DNA of 63,403 nucleotides, from contig DANB01000016.1 in assembly GCA_002497245.1 (NCBI GenBank), forward strand, positions 1 through 63,403. Reading direction: 5' to 3'. Under the pieces are notes generated by a model that worked only from the letters and a program-made list of their open reading frames with translations, was not told where the DNA came from and made no database searches. Numbering within the stretch: the first letter of the stretch is position 1; every line of letters starts with the position of its first letter. Both the position numbers and the translations under genes were made by a program. The DNA is from Euryarchaeota archaeon UBA439 (GTDB taxonomy: Archaea > Thermoplasmatota > Poseidoniia > Poseidoniales > Thalassarchaeaceae). Below, in pieces: positions 29,309 through 39,789 of this stretch.

Positions 29309-29842
29309 TTAGTCTTCGGACACAATAACTTTTACTGGTCTTAATACACGTTCATGGAACAAATATCCCTCTTCAATTACTTCTACTACAGTGCCTGAAT
29401 CCTTACCCTCCGGGGCAGGAATTACTGCGATTGCTTCCATCAACGAAGGGTCAAATAATTGGTCTAGAGCCTCTATTTTCTTGACTCCTTCATTTTCTAA
29501 AACAGTCTTTAACTTATTCATAGTCATATTGACACCTTCGAGAAATTTTCCGGATTCACTATTCTCTATTGTTATTGCTTTTTCTAAATAATCAAGCACA
29601 GGGAGAATTTTTGATGCCAGATTCATACTAGAGAATTTCAATAAAGTATTTCTTTCTCTAGCATATCGTTGTCTTAAATTCACTATTTCTGCAGCAGAGT
29701 ATTGTTTCTCTTTCTCTAACTCCTCAATTTTCTCTTCAAGAATTTTTATCGGGTCGACAATTTCAATTTCTTCTGAATTATTTCCATCAGATAACTCCTC
29801 AGTAGGCTCGTCACCCTCGTCTGCCATGATGCTTGGTTTCAA
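29309..29842 (-). CDS. grpE: Nucleotide exchange factor GrpE
   Basis: Acidic N-terminus, coiled coil (NLRQRYARE), FDPSLMEAI, and GYLFHERVLRPVKVIV. Confidence 0.85.
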   Translation of the reverse strand: MKPSIMADEGDEPTEELSDGNNSEEIEIVDPIKILEEKIEELEKEKQYSAAEIVNLRQRYARERNTLLKFSSMNLASKILPVLDYLEKAITIENSESGKFLEGVNMTMNKLKTVLENEGVKKIEALDQLFDPSLMEAIAVIPAPEGKDSGTVVEVIEEGYLFHERVLRPVKVIVSED

Positions 29843-29869
29843 CCATCCTTCAAGAATCCAATGGTTATA

Positions 29870-31639
29870 TTACTCAATGTAGAAGTATTCTCCGGCGATT
29901 TTTTGCTCCCTATCCTTTCTACTATTTGGTTTGTTAATTCGTGGCCTGTATGATTCATGGTCTCTTCGAAATGTCATGTCAATATCTTTCAAGAATTTAT
30001 TCATTCCTTTTCTAAGAGTTAGTGGACCTACCGCATTACCATTTTTCCCCCCTTCTCCATCGAAAACTAGTAGAGAGTCACTCACAATATCGATGAAATA
30101 GATGTCATGATCTATCACCATTGCTGCTTTCTCATTACTTTCCATAGTTCTTCTTATGGCCTTTGCCGCCTCCATTCTTGCGTTAGCATCAAGATGCGCA
30201 CTGGGTTCGTCAAGAAGATATAAATCAGCTTCTTTCCCTAGACAAATAGTAATACTCACTGCCTGTAATTCTCCACCAGACAGTTTTTTTGCCTGTAAAT
30301 CAACTAATTGATCAACTTGCAATGGCCTAACAACTTGTGTATGGAACTCACCGCTTCTCCATTTATTTCCTAATTCTAAATTGAGCCACTCTTCCACAGT
30401 TCCTTCGAATTCAGTATGTACATGTTGAGATTTGTAGGATATTTTTGCGTCCATTGTACACCATCCTTGATCTGGTTCAATTTCTCCAGCAATCATCTTA
30501 ACCATGGTTGTTTTACCTGTGGCATTAGGTCCTACTACGCCAACAACCTCTGCACTTCTAACCATCCCTTCTCCAGTCTTTAGACTAAATTCGCCTAGAG
30601 TTTTTTCCATATCTCCCCATTTCAAGATAGGAAGTCCAATTTCCTCCCCCCTGATTCTTCCTCGTAAAAACTCAATCTTTTTGTCTCTAATTCTTACATT
30701 TTCTTCTGGCAAATAACCCTCAAGATACATATTTATTGCACTTCTTGTAGATCTAGCTGGAGTGAAAATGCCGTATGCTGCTCTTTCTCCATAAACAATG
30801 TGGACCAGATCACAGAGTACATCTAGGATTGCTAAATCGTGTTCAACAACAATTACTCTCTTGCCTTTTTCTGCAAGTTCTTGTAAAATTCCTACCATCC
30901 TCATTCTTTCGTAAATATCTAGGTATGATGAAGGCTCATCAAAAAAGTATACGTCGGCTTCTTTAAGAATTGTCGCACAAATTGCCACTCTTTGCAATTC
31001 TCCTCCTGAAAGACTGGATAGTCCTCTATCTAGTAAATGTGAAACTCCAACTAGGAGTGAATATTTTTCTAATTCTCCTCTTTCATCAACACGAGATAAC
31101 AATCCTCTAACTTCTCCATCCCATAATTTTGGTAATTTATCGATATTTTGTGGTTTAACAGCAATACTGACTCCATCTTCTGCAACTAATCCAAGATAAT
31201 CTCTAAGTTCCCCTCTAGGGAATGTAGAGATTATTTCTTCCCATTCCGGAGATGGATTTTTCCAATCGCCTAAATTTGGTTTTATAGCTCCTGATAAAAT
31301 ATTGATAGCAGTTGATTTACCCACTCCGTTAGGTCCAAGTATGCCAACAACCTGTTTTATTTTAGGTGCAGGTAATCTGAATATCCTAAATGCATTTAGG
31401 CCATAACAATGAGTCATATCTGTATCAAGTTCTTTTGGAAGGTTAATGACAATTACAGCATTACCAGGACATAATCTTGCCCGATAAAAACAGGGTGGGC
31501 ATGCTGTTTCTAGGATCTTGCATTTATTATCTTCAACTTGTATACATTCTCCACCACACATGCCTGCATATTTCTCTAGATATCTGAAAGCTTCACTCTT
31601 CGGTTTACACCTATCTTGAAGCAGTACCGCGACTTTCAC
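29870..31639 (-). CDS. abcE1: ABCE1 / RNase L inhibitor-type ribosome recycling ATPase
   Basis: Cys-rich N-terminal domain ending VINLP. Two NBDs ([24 protein letters not shown]; two LSGGELQ signatures). Confidence 0.9.
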   Translation of the reverse strand: MKVAVLLQDRCKPKSEAFRYLEKYAGMCGGECIQVEDNKCKILETACPPCFYRARLCPGNAVIVINLPKELDTDMTHCYGLNAFRIFRLPAPKIKQVVGILGPNGVGKSTAINILSGAIKPNLGDWKNPSPEWEEIISTFPRGELRDYLGLVAEDGVSIAVKPQNIDKLPKLWDGEVRGLLSRVDERGELEKYSLLVGVSHLLDRGLSSLSGGELQRVAICATILKEADVYFFDEPSSYLDIYERMRMVGILQELAEKGKRVIVVEHDLAILDVLCDLVHIVYGERAAYGIFTPARSTRSAINMYLEGYLPEENVRIRDKKIEFLRGRIRGEEIGLPILKWGDMEKTLGEFSLKTGEGMVRSAEVVGVVGPNATGKTTMVKMIAGEIEPDQGWCTMDAKISYKSQHVHTEFEGTVEEWLNLELGNKWRSGEFHTQVVRPLQVDQLVDLQAKKLSGGELQAVSITICLGKEADLYLLDEPSAHLDANARMEAAKAIRRTMESNEKAAMVIDHDIYFIDIVSDSLLVFDGEGGKNGNAVGPLTLRKGMNKFLKDIDMTFRRDHESYRPRINKPNSRKDREQKIAGEYFYIE

Positions 31640-31705
31640 ACCCTCTCCTCCCTAATCATATTCAATATGTCTTCTATAGTATAACCTGATTCAGGTTGAT
31701 TTTGA

Positions 31706-32956
31706 TTATAATGCAAAGAAACGAAATCTAACATAAATATAGGCTGCTAGGCCTATCTTCTCGGTTTTTGATAATTGTGTTCTTTGAGAAAAAACGTCCC
31801 CATCATTTTTTTCTATTTTCTTCATAATAGAATGATAAAATGTAGTCATAGCCGCAGGAGAATATCTACTAGATTTATCGAGAAGAGGGAACAATTTCAT
31901 CCCCCTTTCTCTATACTTATCTGCCCTTTTAATGTATTCTTTAACAAACGGCTTCCATCCAGGATGTTTCAAAATATCTTTGCTATTTTTCAAGTCTTTT
32001 TCTGAAATCCCAAATCTATTAAGATCCTCAATTGGAAGATATATTCTGTCTCTCTCGATATCTTCCGCAACGTCTCTCAGAATATTTGTTAGTTGCATAT
32101 AGATGCCCCAAGATTCAGCATATTCTCTCGCTCTTTTATCATCATATCCGTATATTTCTATACATACGAGTCCGACTGTTGAAGCCACTTTGTAACAATA
32201 TGAATATAGGTCTTCAAAAGTTTCATACCTGTTCCGATGAAAATCTTCTTCCATCCCACTAATCATATCATCTAATAATTGCCTAGAAATTCCATATTTA
32301 TTCACAGTATCTTTCAATGCTATAAATATTGGATCAGTAGAAGTCATCTGACCATATGCAGTTGATAATTTCTTTCTGTAATAGAATAATTGTGACATTT
32401 TATCATTGTAAGAAGATCTATCTAATACAGGCACACCATCTATTAGTCTCTCAATTTTTGTCCTGTAGTCAATTGACTCCTGATTTTCTTCAGAACCTCC
32501 TGGAAAATAATCAATATAATCTCCATCAGCAATGTCATCAGCTCTCCTACAAAATGCATAGTAGGCCATGATTGATCTTCTTTCATCTTCTGGAAGATAC
32601 TTAAAAGAATGGTAGAAATTTCCTGCTTCTCTACGAGTTAATTCTTCGCAGTAGTCGTAAGCTGATTGTATAATGTCATCGGGTAATCTATTTTCTGTCC
32701 ATAAAGCGGCATCAATATGTGAGAAAGGATTTACTAGCTCCCCCCTTGAGCCAATTACCCCCATAAAGAAAGCTCCTTCCCTTAGAGTTTCTAAGGCAGT
32801 AATACTAATTGCATGAACGGCTTCTTTAGTCACATTTACTGCTTTACGTACTTTCTCAATTGGGACTGAATTATTTTCCTCTGTAACTAGTGATATAGAT
32901 TTACCAAGGTCATACATAACCTCTGGTTCGGAATCACTAATCTGTCTCCCGGGCAT
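31706..32956 (-). CDS. Phytoene/presqualene synthase-family enzyme (CrtB/HpnD-like) with ~95-aa N-terminal extension
   Basis: YAFCRRADDIADG and NILRDVAEDIERDRIYLP, the two Asp-rich motifs. Confidence 0.8.
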   Translation of the reverse strand: MPGRQISDSEPEVMYDLGKSISLVTEENNSVPIEKVRKAVNVTKEAVHAISITALETLREGAFFMGVIGSRGELVNPFSHIDAALWTENRLPDDIIQSAYDYCEELTRREAGNFYHSFKYLPEDERRSIMAYYAFCRRADDIADGDYIDYFPGGSEENQESIDYRTKIERLIDGVPVLDRSSYNDKMSQLFYYRKKLSTAYGQMTSTDPIFIALKDTVNKYGISRQLLDDMISGMEEDFHRNRYETFEDLYSYCYKVASTVGLVCIEIYGYDDKRAREYAESWGIYMQLTNILRDVAEDIERDRIYLPIEDLNRFGISEKDLKNSKDILKHPGWKPFVKEYIKRADKYRERGMKLFPLLDKSSRYSPAAMTTFYHSIMKKIEKNDGDVFSQRTQLSKTEKIGLAAYIYVRFRFFAL

Positions 32957-33028
32957 ACTCTTTCATATCGAGCCCAATAGATTTACTCTTGAACTTCACG
33001 CTGAGTTGTACAAATCATGAATCATCAT

Positions 33029-34054
33029 TTAATTCATTTTTTTCGGGCTTATTCCAGTTATTGATAGCCACATCGCTTTCCTCATTATTTTTCTTATTTC
33101 TGGCCTTAATACTTTAATTCTATTTTCAATATCTAGAATATTTCTTTCTCGTAGTAGTTGTAATGTTCTTTGCCCTATTAGGATAGGTAATAAGCACGAA
33201 AGTCGAAGTCTAAACTGGCTCCTTGGTAGCATTTTCACATAATCTACAGCCTCATCTAGATAATCCTCAGCTCTATCAATATAGGAATCATACAATGGCC
33301 TAAATTTATCAATATTATTCATGTCAAGTAAATCTTTAGCCGTCATTTCAATTTCTTTCAGAGATTTAATTGGGATGTAGCATCTCCCCATTCGTAAGTC
33401 TTCAGGTAAGTCTCTTAGAATATTGATTAATTGTAATGATTTTCCAAATTTGACAGCCTTGTCGAATAGGATTTCTCTTCTTTCTTCTTCTAAACTAAAC
33501 AGATGGTCTAATGACATGTGAGTCCAGAATTCCCCCACACTTCCAGCCACTAAATAAGTGTATGAGTCCAATTCTTCTTCATTTTTTAATGAAATAATTC
33601 TTCTCCCTGAAGCATCGTTAAATCTTTCCAAATCTAAAATCTGCCCACTTATTATAACATCAAGTAATTGAATAATTTTTTTCCGATCTGATTCACTAAG
33701 GTATTGCGATTTCTCTAAATAATTGACCGGAATAAATGCTTCATTTAGCAACCTCGATTCAGCACTATCCTCTTGAATAACTGCTAATTCAGTAAAATCA
33801 GGCATATCTACACATTCTCCGTGAAGAAGCCTATGATTATATTCAGCAAGTAATTTCCATAGAACTTTATTTTCACCCACTTTTGAATCTGCTATCGTGT
33901 CTGCTAAGCGTGCTAGAAGATAGGCCAAACCAATCTGTCTTCGCACCTTCTTTGGTAATACTTTCAAAGTCAAATAGAATGATCTAGAAGTTCCTTTCAA
34001 GAGTTCATCAATAATTTTTTCCGGCGAGCCCTCACTAGAACCGCCCCCTGCCAT
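33029..34054 (-). CDS. Squalene synthase-family enzyme (SQS/HpnC-like)
   Basis: TSRSFYLTLKVLP..AYLLARLADTIADS and INILRDLPEDLRMGRCYIP. Confidence 0.8.
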   Translation of the reverse strand: MAGGGSSEGSPEKIIDELLKGTSRSFYLTLKVLPKKVRRQIGLAYLLARLADTIADSKVGENKVLWKLLAEYNHRLLHGECVDMPDFTELAVIQEDSAESRLLNEAFIPVNYLEKSQYLSESDRKKIIQLLDVIISGQILDLERFNDASGRRIISLKNEEELDSYTYLVAGSVGEFWTHMSLDHLFSLEEERREILFDKAVKFGKSLQLINILRDLPEDLRMGRCYIPIKSLKEIEMTAKDLLDMNNIDKFRPLYDSYIDRAEDYLDEAVDYVKMLPRSQFRLRLSCLLPILIGQRTLQLLRERNILDIENRIKVLRPEIRKIMRKAMWLSITGISPKKMN

Positions 34055-34099
34055 GCTTCACGAGTATGCATCCAGCATCTAAGACTCTCGCATCCAAGT

Positions 34100-35020
34100 T
34101 TATCTTAATCCACTATCTTCCAATGCCTTAACTAATACATTCCCAATCTCAGAAGGGTCTCTTGCAACATAAATTCCTGCTTCTTCAAATGCCTTAAATT
34201 TCTCTGCTGCGGTACCTTTTCCACCGGAAATTATCGCACCTGCATGCCCCATTCTCTTTCCCGGAGGCGCAGTAGATCCAGCTACGAAACCAACGATAGG
34301 TTTTGTCATATTTTTCGACGCCCATTCTGCTGCTTCTTCTTCGGCTGAACCTCCGATTTCTCCAATCATTACTACAGCTACCGTTTGAGGGTCCTTCTCA
34401 AAAGCATCTAAACAATCGATAAAACCAGTTCCATTGACCGGATCTCCACCAATTCCAACACAAGTAGATTGCCCTTCTCCAACACTCATAGTTTGTGCCA
34501 CTGCTTCATAAGTTAGAGTACCCGACTTCGATACAATTCCTATTCTCCCCTTTTCATGAATAAATCCTGGCATTATTCCCACTTTACAACCACCAATATC
34601 TCCCGGAGTGATTATACCTGGACAATTTGGTCCGATTAACCTAACTTCGGGATATTGATTTACTTTAGCAACAGCCTTAACCATATCTAAAATAGGAATT
34701 CCTTCAGTAATGCAAACTATCAATCCTCCTCCTTTTTCCTGAAATGCATCTGCGGCTTCAATGATGGCAGCAGCAGCGAATCTAGCCGGGACATAAATTA
34801 CGCTAACATCTGCATTGGTCTCTTCTAAACCTTCAGCAACAGTATTGAAAACGGGAACTTTCTTATTCGGTAAATCAACAAATTGGCCACCTTTACCTGG
34901 AGTGACTCCACCTACTACATTTGTGTTATATTCATCCATTTTTGTGCCATGAAAAGTTCCTTGTTTACCTGTAATTCCTTGAATTAAGACTTTACTTTCT
35001 TCATGAATCCAAATTGACAT
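34100..35020 (-). CDS. sucD: Succinyl-CoA synthetase alpha subunit
   Basis: [20 protein letters not shown], and [14 protein letters not shown] (phosphohistidine loop). Confidence 0.95.
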   Translation of the reverse strand: MSIWIHEESKVLIQGITGKQGTFHGTKMDEYNTNVVGGVTPGKGGQFVDLPNKKVPVFNTVAEGLEETNADVSVIYVPARFAAAAIIEAADAFQEKGGGLIVCITEGIPILDMVKAVAKVNQYPEVRLIGPNCPGIITPGDIGGCKVGIMPGFIHEKGRIGIVSKSGTLTYEAVAQTMSVGEGQSTCVGIGGDPVNGTGFIDCLDAFEKDPQTVAVVMIGEIGGSAEEEAAEWASKNMTKPIVGFVAGSTAPPGKRMGHAGAIISGGKGTAAEKFKAFEEAGIYVARDPSEIGNVLVKALEDSGLR

Positions 35021-36228
35021 TATTCCACGCTCCTGGTAAGATTTACAATTTTTTCCGCGCCTTCAGCAAGAGTGCTTGCTGTATGTACATCTAAATCGCA
35101 ATTATCTAAAACCTCTTTTCCTTCTACATGATTAGTACCTGAAAATCTTACAACTAGAGGCACCTTTAATCCAAGTTCATTTGAAGCCTCAATTACACTT
35201 CTAGCAACCATATCGCATTGAATAATCCCTCCAAAAATATTCACTAAAATTCCCTCAACATTATCGTCTTCAAGTATAATTCCGAATGCAGTGGTAATTG
35301 ATTCTCTAGTTGCTCCTCCTCCTATATCAAGAAAATTTGCTGGTTCTCCACCGTATAATTTAATCACATCCATAGATGCCATAGCAAGTCCTGCACCATT
35401 CACTAGACAACCAATATTTCCATCAAGTTTGACGTAAGAAAGTCCGTGATCATGAGCTCTGGTTTCTACTTCTTCTTCTTCTGAATGATCTCTCATTTCT
35501 TCCCTCCATGGGTGTCTAAATGATGCATTATCATCAAAACTAACCTTTGCATCCAAAGCAATCATTTCTCCAGAATCAGACCTAACTAGAGGATTAATCT
35601 CTATCATTGAACAGTCCTTCTCAACAAACATTCTCGATAAAGAATCTAACATTGAAACTAAATCTTGTTTTGAATTCCCTTCCAGATTGAGGTTATCTGC
35701 CATCTCTAGAGCATCTTTCTCATTTAGTCCATCCACTGGATGTGCCCAAATCTTATGAATTGCCTCCGGTGTTTTTTCTGCAACTTCTTCAATATCCATT
35801 CCCCCCTCAGTAGAGGCCATTATTAGAATTGATTTTTTTTCTCTATCGACTAATAGGGCCAAATAATATTCGTGCTCAATTGAGCAACCTGCTTCTATAT
35901 ACAAATTATTTACTATTTTTCCATTTACACCAGTTTGCTTAGTAACCAGTTTTCTTCCAATAATATTTTTTGCATATTCCTCTACATCTTCTCTAGAAAA
36001 AGCAATTTTTACGCCCCCTTCCATTACTAACTCATTGGTTTCTATGTCATAAAGAGTCCCTTTACCTCTACCTCCTGCATGAATTTGCGATTTTACGGCC
36101 ACAACTTTTGAACCCAATAAATCATATGCATTAAGAGCATCATTTACTGTTTTACAGTGTATCCCGTTTTGTACTTTAACTCCCGCTTCTTTAAACAGAA
36201 TCTTTCCTTGATACTCGTGAATATTCAT
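35020..36228 (-). CDS. sucC: Succinyl-CoA synthetase beta subunit
   Basis: [21 protein letters not shown], and [14 protein letters not shown]. Its stop abuts the sucD start. Confidence 0.95.
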   Translation of the reverse strand: MNIHEYQGKILFKEAGVKVQNGIHCKTVNDALNAYDLLGSKVVAVKSQIHAGGRGKGTLYDIETNELVMEGGVKIAFSREDVEEYAKNIIGRKLVTKQTGVNGKIVNNLYIEAGCSIEHEYYLALLVDREKKSILIMASTEGGMDIEEVAEKTPEAIHKIWAHPVDGLNEKDALEMADNLNLEGNSKQDLVSMLDSLSRMFVEKDCSMIEINPLVRSDSGEMIALDAKVSFDDNASFRHPWREEMRDHSEEEEVETRAHDHGLSYVKLDGNIGCLVNGAGLAMASMDVIKLYGGEPANFLDIGGGATRESITTAFGIILEDDNVEGILVNIFGGIIQCDMVARSVIEASNELGLKVPLVVRFSGTNHVEGKEVLDNCDLDVHTASTLAEGAEKIVNLTRSVE

Positions 36229-36332
36229 ATTTCTCAAGCGTCCGATTTGAAGTCGCTCTTTGAACGATGCGCCTAACGATGTTCAAATCTTAAGCACGAA
36301 GTGCTGAAATCTATTGCCATATCCGGTGAACT

Positions 36333-37295
36333 GTGGATGTAGTTGTTCTCGCTGGTGGTTTCGGCACAAGACTTAGACCTTGGACTGAAGGAAGAGCTAA
36401 ACCTTTACTACCTATTTTGGATAAAACTCTCCTAGAGAGGGTAGTAGAATGTGTTCCAGTTGACATGGTTGATAGAGTAATAATTGCTGCAGGATATAGT
36501 GTCGAAGAAATGCATAATTTCTTTTCTTCTTCCGATCTTCCTTTCGAAGTGATAATCTCGGTCGAAGACGAACCCTTAGGGACTGGTGGTGCAATTTCTA
36601 AGACATTTGAGTACCTTACGGGAGATGGTCCGGTTTTGATTTTAAATGGAGATCTTGTTTCAAGTGTAGATGTTAATGATTTATTGACTCATCATAGAAA
36701 GATGAATGCTCTGGCTACTCTATCGCTCTGGCATGTTGAAGATCCTAGTAGGTTTGGAGTATGTGGTTTGGACGATTCAGGAATGATTACTAAGTTTCAA
36801 GAGAAACCTGAAATAGGTACTGAGTTTTCTAATCTTATAAATGCTGGATGTTACTTAATTGAAAGAGAAGTAATCGCTTCTCTATCTTCAGAGAGACATA
36901 GTATTGAGAGAGACGTATTTCCAGAGATTGCAAAAACAGGAAAAATGGCAGGCTTAGAGTTCAAAGGTTACTTTGTCGACGCAGGGACGCCATCCTCATT
37001 TATCGAAGCAACACAAGTTTGCATTTCAAATAAGAGATTCGCAGATGGTTGGTCTGACGGTGAAAATTGGTTCTTTAATCGAAATATCAACACCTTATCT
37101 CAGATTTCTGGTTCATCTATCTCTCGTGAAGTCTCAATAGGTAACGGTTGTAAGATTATAGATTGTGTAATTTTATCTGGCGCCATCATTGGAGATGATT
37201 GTAAATTAACTAGGTGCTTGATAGGTGAATCCTCTAGGATAAATGATAACTCGGATATTTCCGATAAGGTCGTAGGTCATGGAGAAATTATCTAA
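36333..37295 (+). CDS. Sugar-1-phosphate nucleotidyltransferase with left-handed beta-helix C-terminus
   Basis: VVLAGGFGTRLRPWT and EPLGTGGA. Hexapeptide-like repeats at the C-terminus. GTG start. Confidence 0.8.
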   Translation: MDVVVLAGGFGTRLRPWTEGRAKPLLPILDKTLLERVVECVPVDMVDRVIIAAGYSVEEMHNFFSSSDLPFEVIISVEDEPLGTGGAISKTFEYLTGDGPVLILNGDLVSSVDVNDLLTHHRKMNALATLSLWHVEDPSRFGVCGLDDSGMITKFQEKPEIGTEFSNLINAGCYLIEREVIASLSSERHSIERDVFPEIAKTGKMAGLEFKGYFVDAGTPSSFIEATQVCISNKRFADGWSDGENWFFNRNINTLSQISGSSISREVSIGNGCKIIDCVILSGAIIGDDCKLTRCLIGESSRINDNSDISDKVVGHGEII

Positions 37296-37322
37296 TTCAT
37301 CCGTCATCATCATATCGGTATT

Positions 37323-38000
37323 ATGCCTCGCAGTTCTATGAAGGACACGCTAATTGTTGTTAATTTCAAAACTTACCAAGAGGCGCACGGCGTTGCTGCT
37401 GAAGAATTAGCAATGATTATGCAAGATATAGAGACAGATGCTAGGATGATTGCCGTGGTGTCCGCTTTTGACTTATCTTCTGTTGTTTCTGCAGCACCCA
37501 ATTTAGAAGTTTGGACTCAGCACTTAGACCCTATTAACTTTGGATCTAATACAGGTTGGTTACATCCTGAAACAGCCATATGTAGGGGGGCCAAAGGAAC
37601 TTTGATTAATCATGCAGAGCATAAAGTTTCTATCGAACACATTGCAATGCTCCTAGATAGTGTCCCTGAAGATTTCACTGTCTGTGCATGCGCCGCAGAT
37701 ATTGATGAAGCAAGAGCATTATCTGCATTAGAGCCTAATTATGTGGCAGTCGAACCTCCTGAATTAATTGGAGGAGAAATTTCAGTGACTACTGCGGATC
37801 CTGATATTGTTAGTGGAACTGCTGCTGCTATACGTGAAATCAGTAAAGATGTAGGAATTCTATGTGGTGCAGGTGTGAAAAATGGTGATGATGTTGCCAC
37901 AGCAATTAATTTAGGGACTTCAGGAGTTCTTCTAGCTAGCGGAGTCACTAAAGTTGACGATCCACGAATGTCTCTCAATGATTTAGTTTCTAAAATATAG
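37323..38000 (+). CDS. tpiA: Triosephosphate isomerase, archaeal short type
   Basis: VVNFKTYQEA, LINHAEH, VAVEPPELIG; ~225 aa. Confidence 0.9.
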   Translation: MPRSSMKDTLIVVNFKTYQEAHGVAAEELAMIMQDIETDARMIAVVSAFDLSSVVSAAPNLEVWTQHLDPINFGSNTGWLHPETAICRGAKGTLINHAEHKVSIEHIAMLLDSVPEDFTVCACAADIDEARALSALEPNYVAVEPPELIGGEISVTTADPDIVSGTAAAIREISKDVGILCGAGVKNGDDVATAINLGTSGVLLASGVTKVDDPRMSLNDLVSKI

Positions 38001-38058
38001 CAAAATTCTTTTTTCTTTTCTAAAGAAATAATCTGAGAAAGCCAAAAAATCAGTAAAA

Positions 38059-38166
38059 TCACTGTTTTGCTCTCTTTCTAGATGCTTTTCGACGGCGAAG
38101 TTTCTTCTTACGCCATTTCCAGCGTTGGTTTCCTTGCTTCTTCCAGGCACGTGAACCTCGCTTCAT
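38059..38166 (-). CDS. rpl41e: Ribosomal protein eL41 (L41e)-like 35-aa basic peptide
   Basis: MKRGSRAWKKQGNQRWKWRKKKLRRRKASRKRAKQ; 19 of 35 residues are K/R. Pattern KR.SR.WKK.G..RWKW.KK.LRR.K..RKRA matches archaeal L41e as I recall it. The ATG at 38166 lies inside the longer spurious ORF 38059..38280. Confidence 0.55.
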   Translation of the reverse strand: MKRGSRAWKKQGNQRWKWRKKKLRRRKASRKRAKQ

Positions 38167-38247
38167 GCAGCCCGCCGACCTACTGCCCCTATATGAGCGA
38201 TTTGTATTGTAATAGATAATTCTAGAGTCTCGAAAAAAAATCTTTAG

Positions 38248-38324
38248 TGGTGGGCGATACAGGATTCGAACCCATGTCATCGGCTTAGAAGGCCGATATG
38301 ATATCCAGACTACACCAATCGCCC
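38248..38324 (-). tRNA. tRNA-Arg (anticodon TCT), CCA encoded
   Basis: Reverse complement: GGGCGAT..TCGGC-CTTCTAA-GCCGA..GGGTTCGAATCC..ATCGCCC-A-CCA. 7-bp acceptor stem, 5-bp anticodon stem, T-loop TTCGAAT. Confidence 0.85.
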
Positions 38325-38365
38325 TTGGGCTGACGGGACAGTATCTCTTTGATGAACCCTACACC

Positions 38366-39142
38366 TCAAACATTTTCCTCAAGAAGTCCATCTACGGCGT
38401 CTTCTAATACCTCTTGCATTTGGTCTACATCGTCCCCAGCACTGTAATTTAGCTCTCCATCGTCCAATATATCAGTTCGGATATCTTTGACAGTTCTACC
38501 TGTTTTTTTCGCAATCTCTTTCTTTTGATGAAGGTTCTTTCTTCTTAAAGAAAATATATTTATCATTGCGGATAAACTTCTAAGAATACTTTCCAATACC
38601 GCAATAAGAAATAGGCTACTAATGAAGGATGTAGCGATTTCATTCAAACCATTGAATAATTCTTCAATCTCAGAAATTTGAACTTGTGCATCTCCAACTA
38701 AGAATACACCAAGTACGCCAAAAGGTAACATTTTCGCCACATCTCTAGATAAATCCTCAGTCCAATAAGAAAGAATTCTTACAGCACCAACTACTGATGT
38801 GGCGATTAGTGCGTTTCTTGAATGATCTGCATCTGGCGATAATAATGTCAAAATTATTGCTAGGACTAAGGTCCAGAATGTAATCAATACTGGTACGACG
38901 ACAATATACTGCAAAACAAAAAACATTGTTCTTGTATATTTTTTGACCCTTCCCGAAAGGTTGTCGGAGTAATGATTTAGATTTAGTGTAATTAGATCTC
39001 TTTTTGCCAATGCTCTGTAAAAGATAAATACAAAAACTGAGTAGATAGAAATTGCAACTATTGCTCCTAAAGTAGGATAAGATTCTTCAATCACTAATTG
39101 CAACAAATCTTCAATTTCAGACATGTTGCTAGGTATTTCCAT
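38366..39142 (-). CDS. Membrane protein, unknown family, acidic C-terminal tail
   Basis: 258-aa ORF with about 5 hydrophobic helices. Confidence 0.55.
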   Translation of the reverse strand: MEIPSNMSEIEDLLQLVIEESYPTLGAIVAISIYSVFVFIFYRALAKRDLITLNLNHYSDNLSGRVKKYTRTMFFVLQYIVVVPVLITFWTLVLAIILTLLSPDADHSRNALIATSVVGAVRILSYWTEDLSRDVAKMLPFGVLGVFLVGDAQVQISEIEELFNGLNEIATSFISSLFLIAVLESILRSLSAMINIFSLRRKNLHQKKEIAKKTGRTVKDIRTDILDDGELNYSAGDDVDQMQEVLEDAVDGLLEENV

Positions 39143-39181
39143 GTAGGAGCGTATACGTCTCCCATATTATGATTATGCGTT

Positions 39182-39736
39182 TCATGATTTGAATGGTTTA
39201 GCACATTTCGGACATCTAGTGGGCATAGACACTCTCTTCCTTTCCCAAGTATAGCCACAATCACCACATATCCACTGCCTCTCTGGCAATTTTTCGAGTA
39301 CTCTTTCCCTCATTTCTTGCAGTACTAAAGAATTGGAGAACTTTGGTGAAGGTGCAATCTCTGCAACTAAGTTGGCATGTATTTCCCCATGGTCCAATAC
39401 TCCCGATGCGTGTAAAAGTTCGTGAACTAGAGTATGTCTGTAGAGAGCTTTATCTTTATTCAATATAGGATTAATCCCTATAGTGACAGGACCACAAGAC
39501 AATTTCATTTTTCTTCTCCGAAATAATTCATTGGCATTATACTCAAATCGAGTCATACCTAATCTTGAATCATCACTATCGATCCAAACCATATTCAGTT
39601 TTTTTCCAAGATATTTGAGAAAGGGGGCATCTTTTTTATTCAATTTCCCTTTCAATACTTCAATTAATTCGTGAGGGAAATCCGGTTGGGTTGGCAATTG
39701 TCCGCCCTCCGCCTCGTCTCCCGGTGCTTCGCCCAT
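39182..39736 (-). CDS. SprT/WLM-like zinc metalloprotease with C-terminal zinc ribbon
   Basis: HExxH (LVHELLHASG) plus CGDCGYTW..RCPKCAKPF. Confidence 0.6.
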   Translation of the reverse strand: MGEAPGDEAEGGQLPTQPDFPHELIEVLKGKLNKKDAPFLKYLGKKLNMVWIDSDDSRLGMTRFEYNANELFRRRKMKLSCGPVTIGINPILNKDKALYRHTLVHELLHASGVLDHGEIHANLVAEIAPSPKFSNSLVLQEMRERVLEKLPERQWICGDCGYTWERKRVSMPTRCPKCAKPFKS

Positions 39737-39789
39737 ACCCTTCCCTGTTCCATTTCCCTTAAATGGCCGTCGTAGGTCCGATGTTTAAT

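Noticed and set aside
38059-38280. 73-aa ORF from the track
   Set aside because: Its 5' part overlaps tRNA-Arg (38248-38324) and has no protein-like features. Only the 3' 35 codons (eL41-like) are kept.
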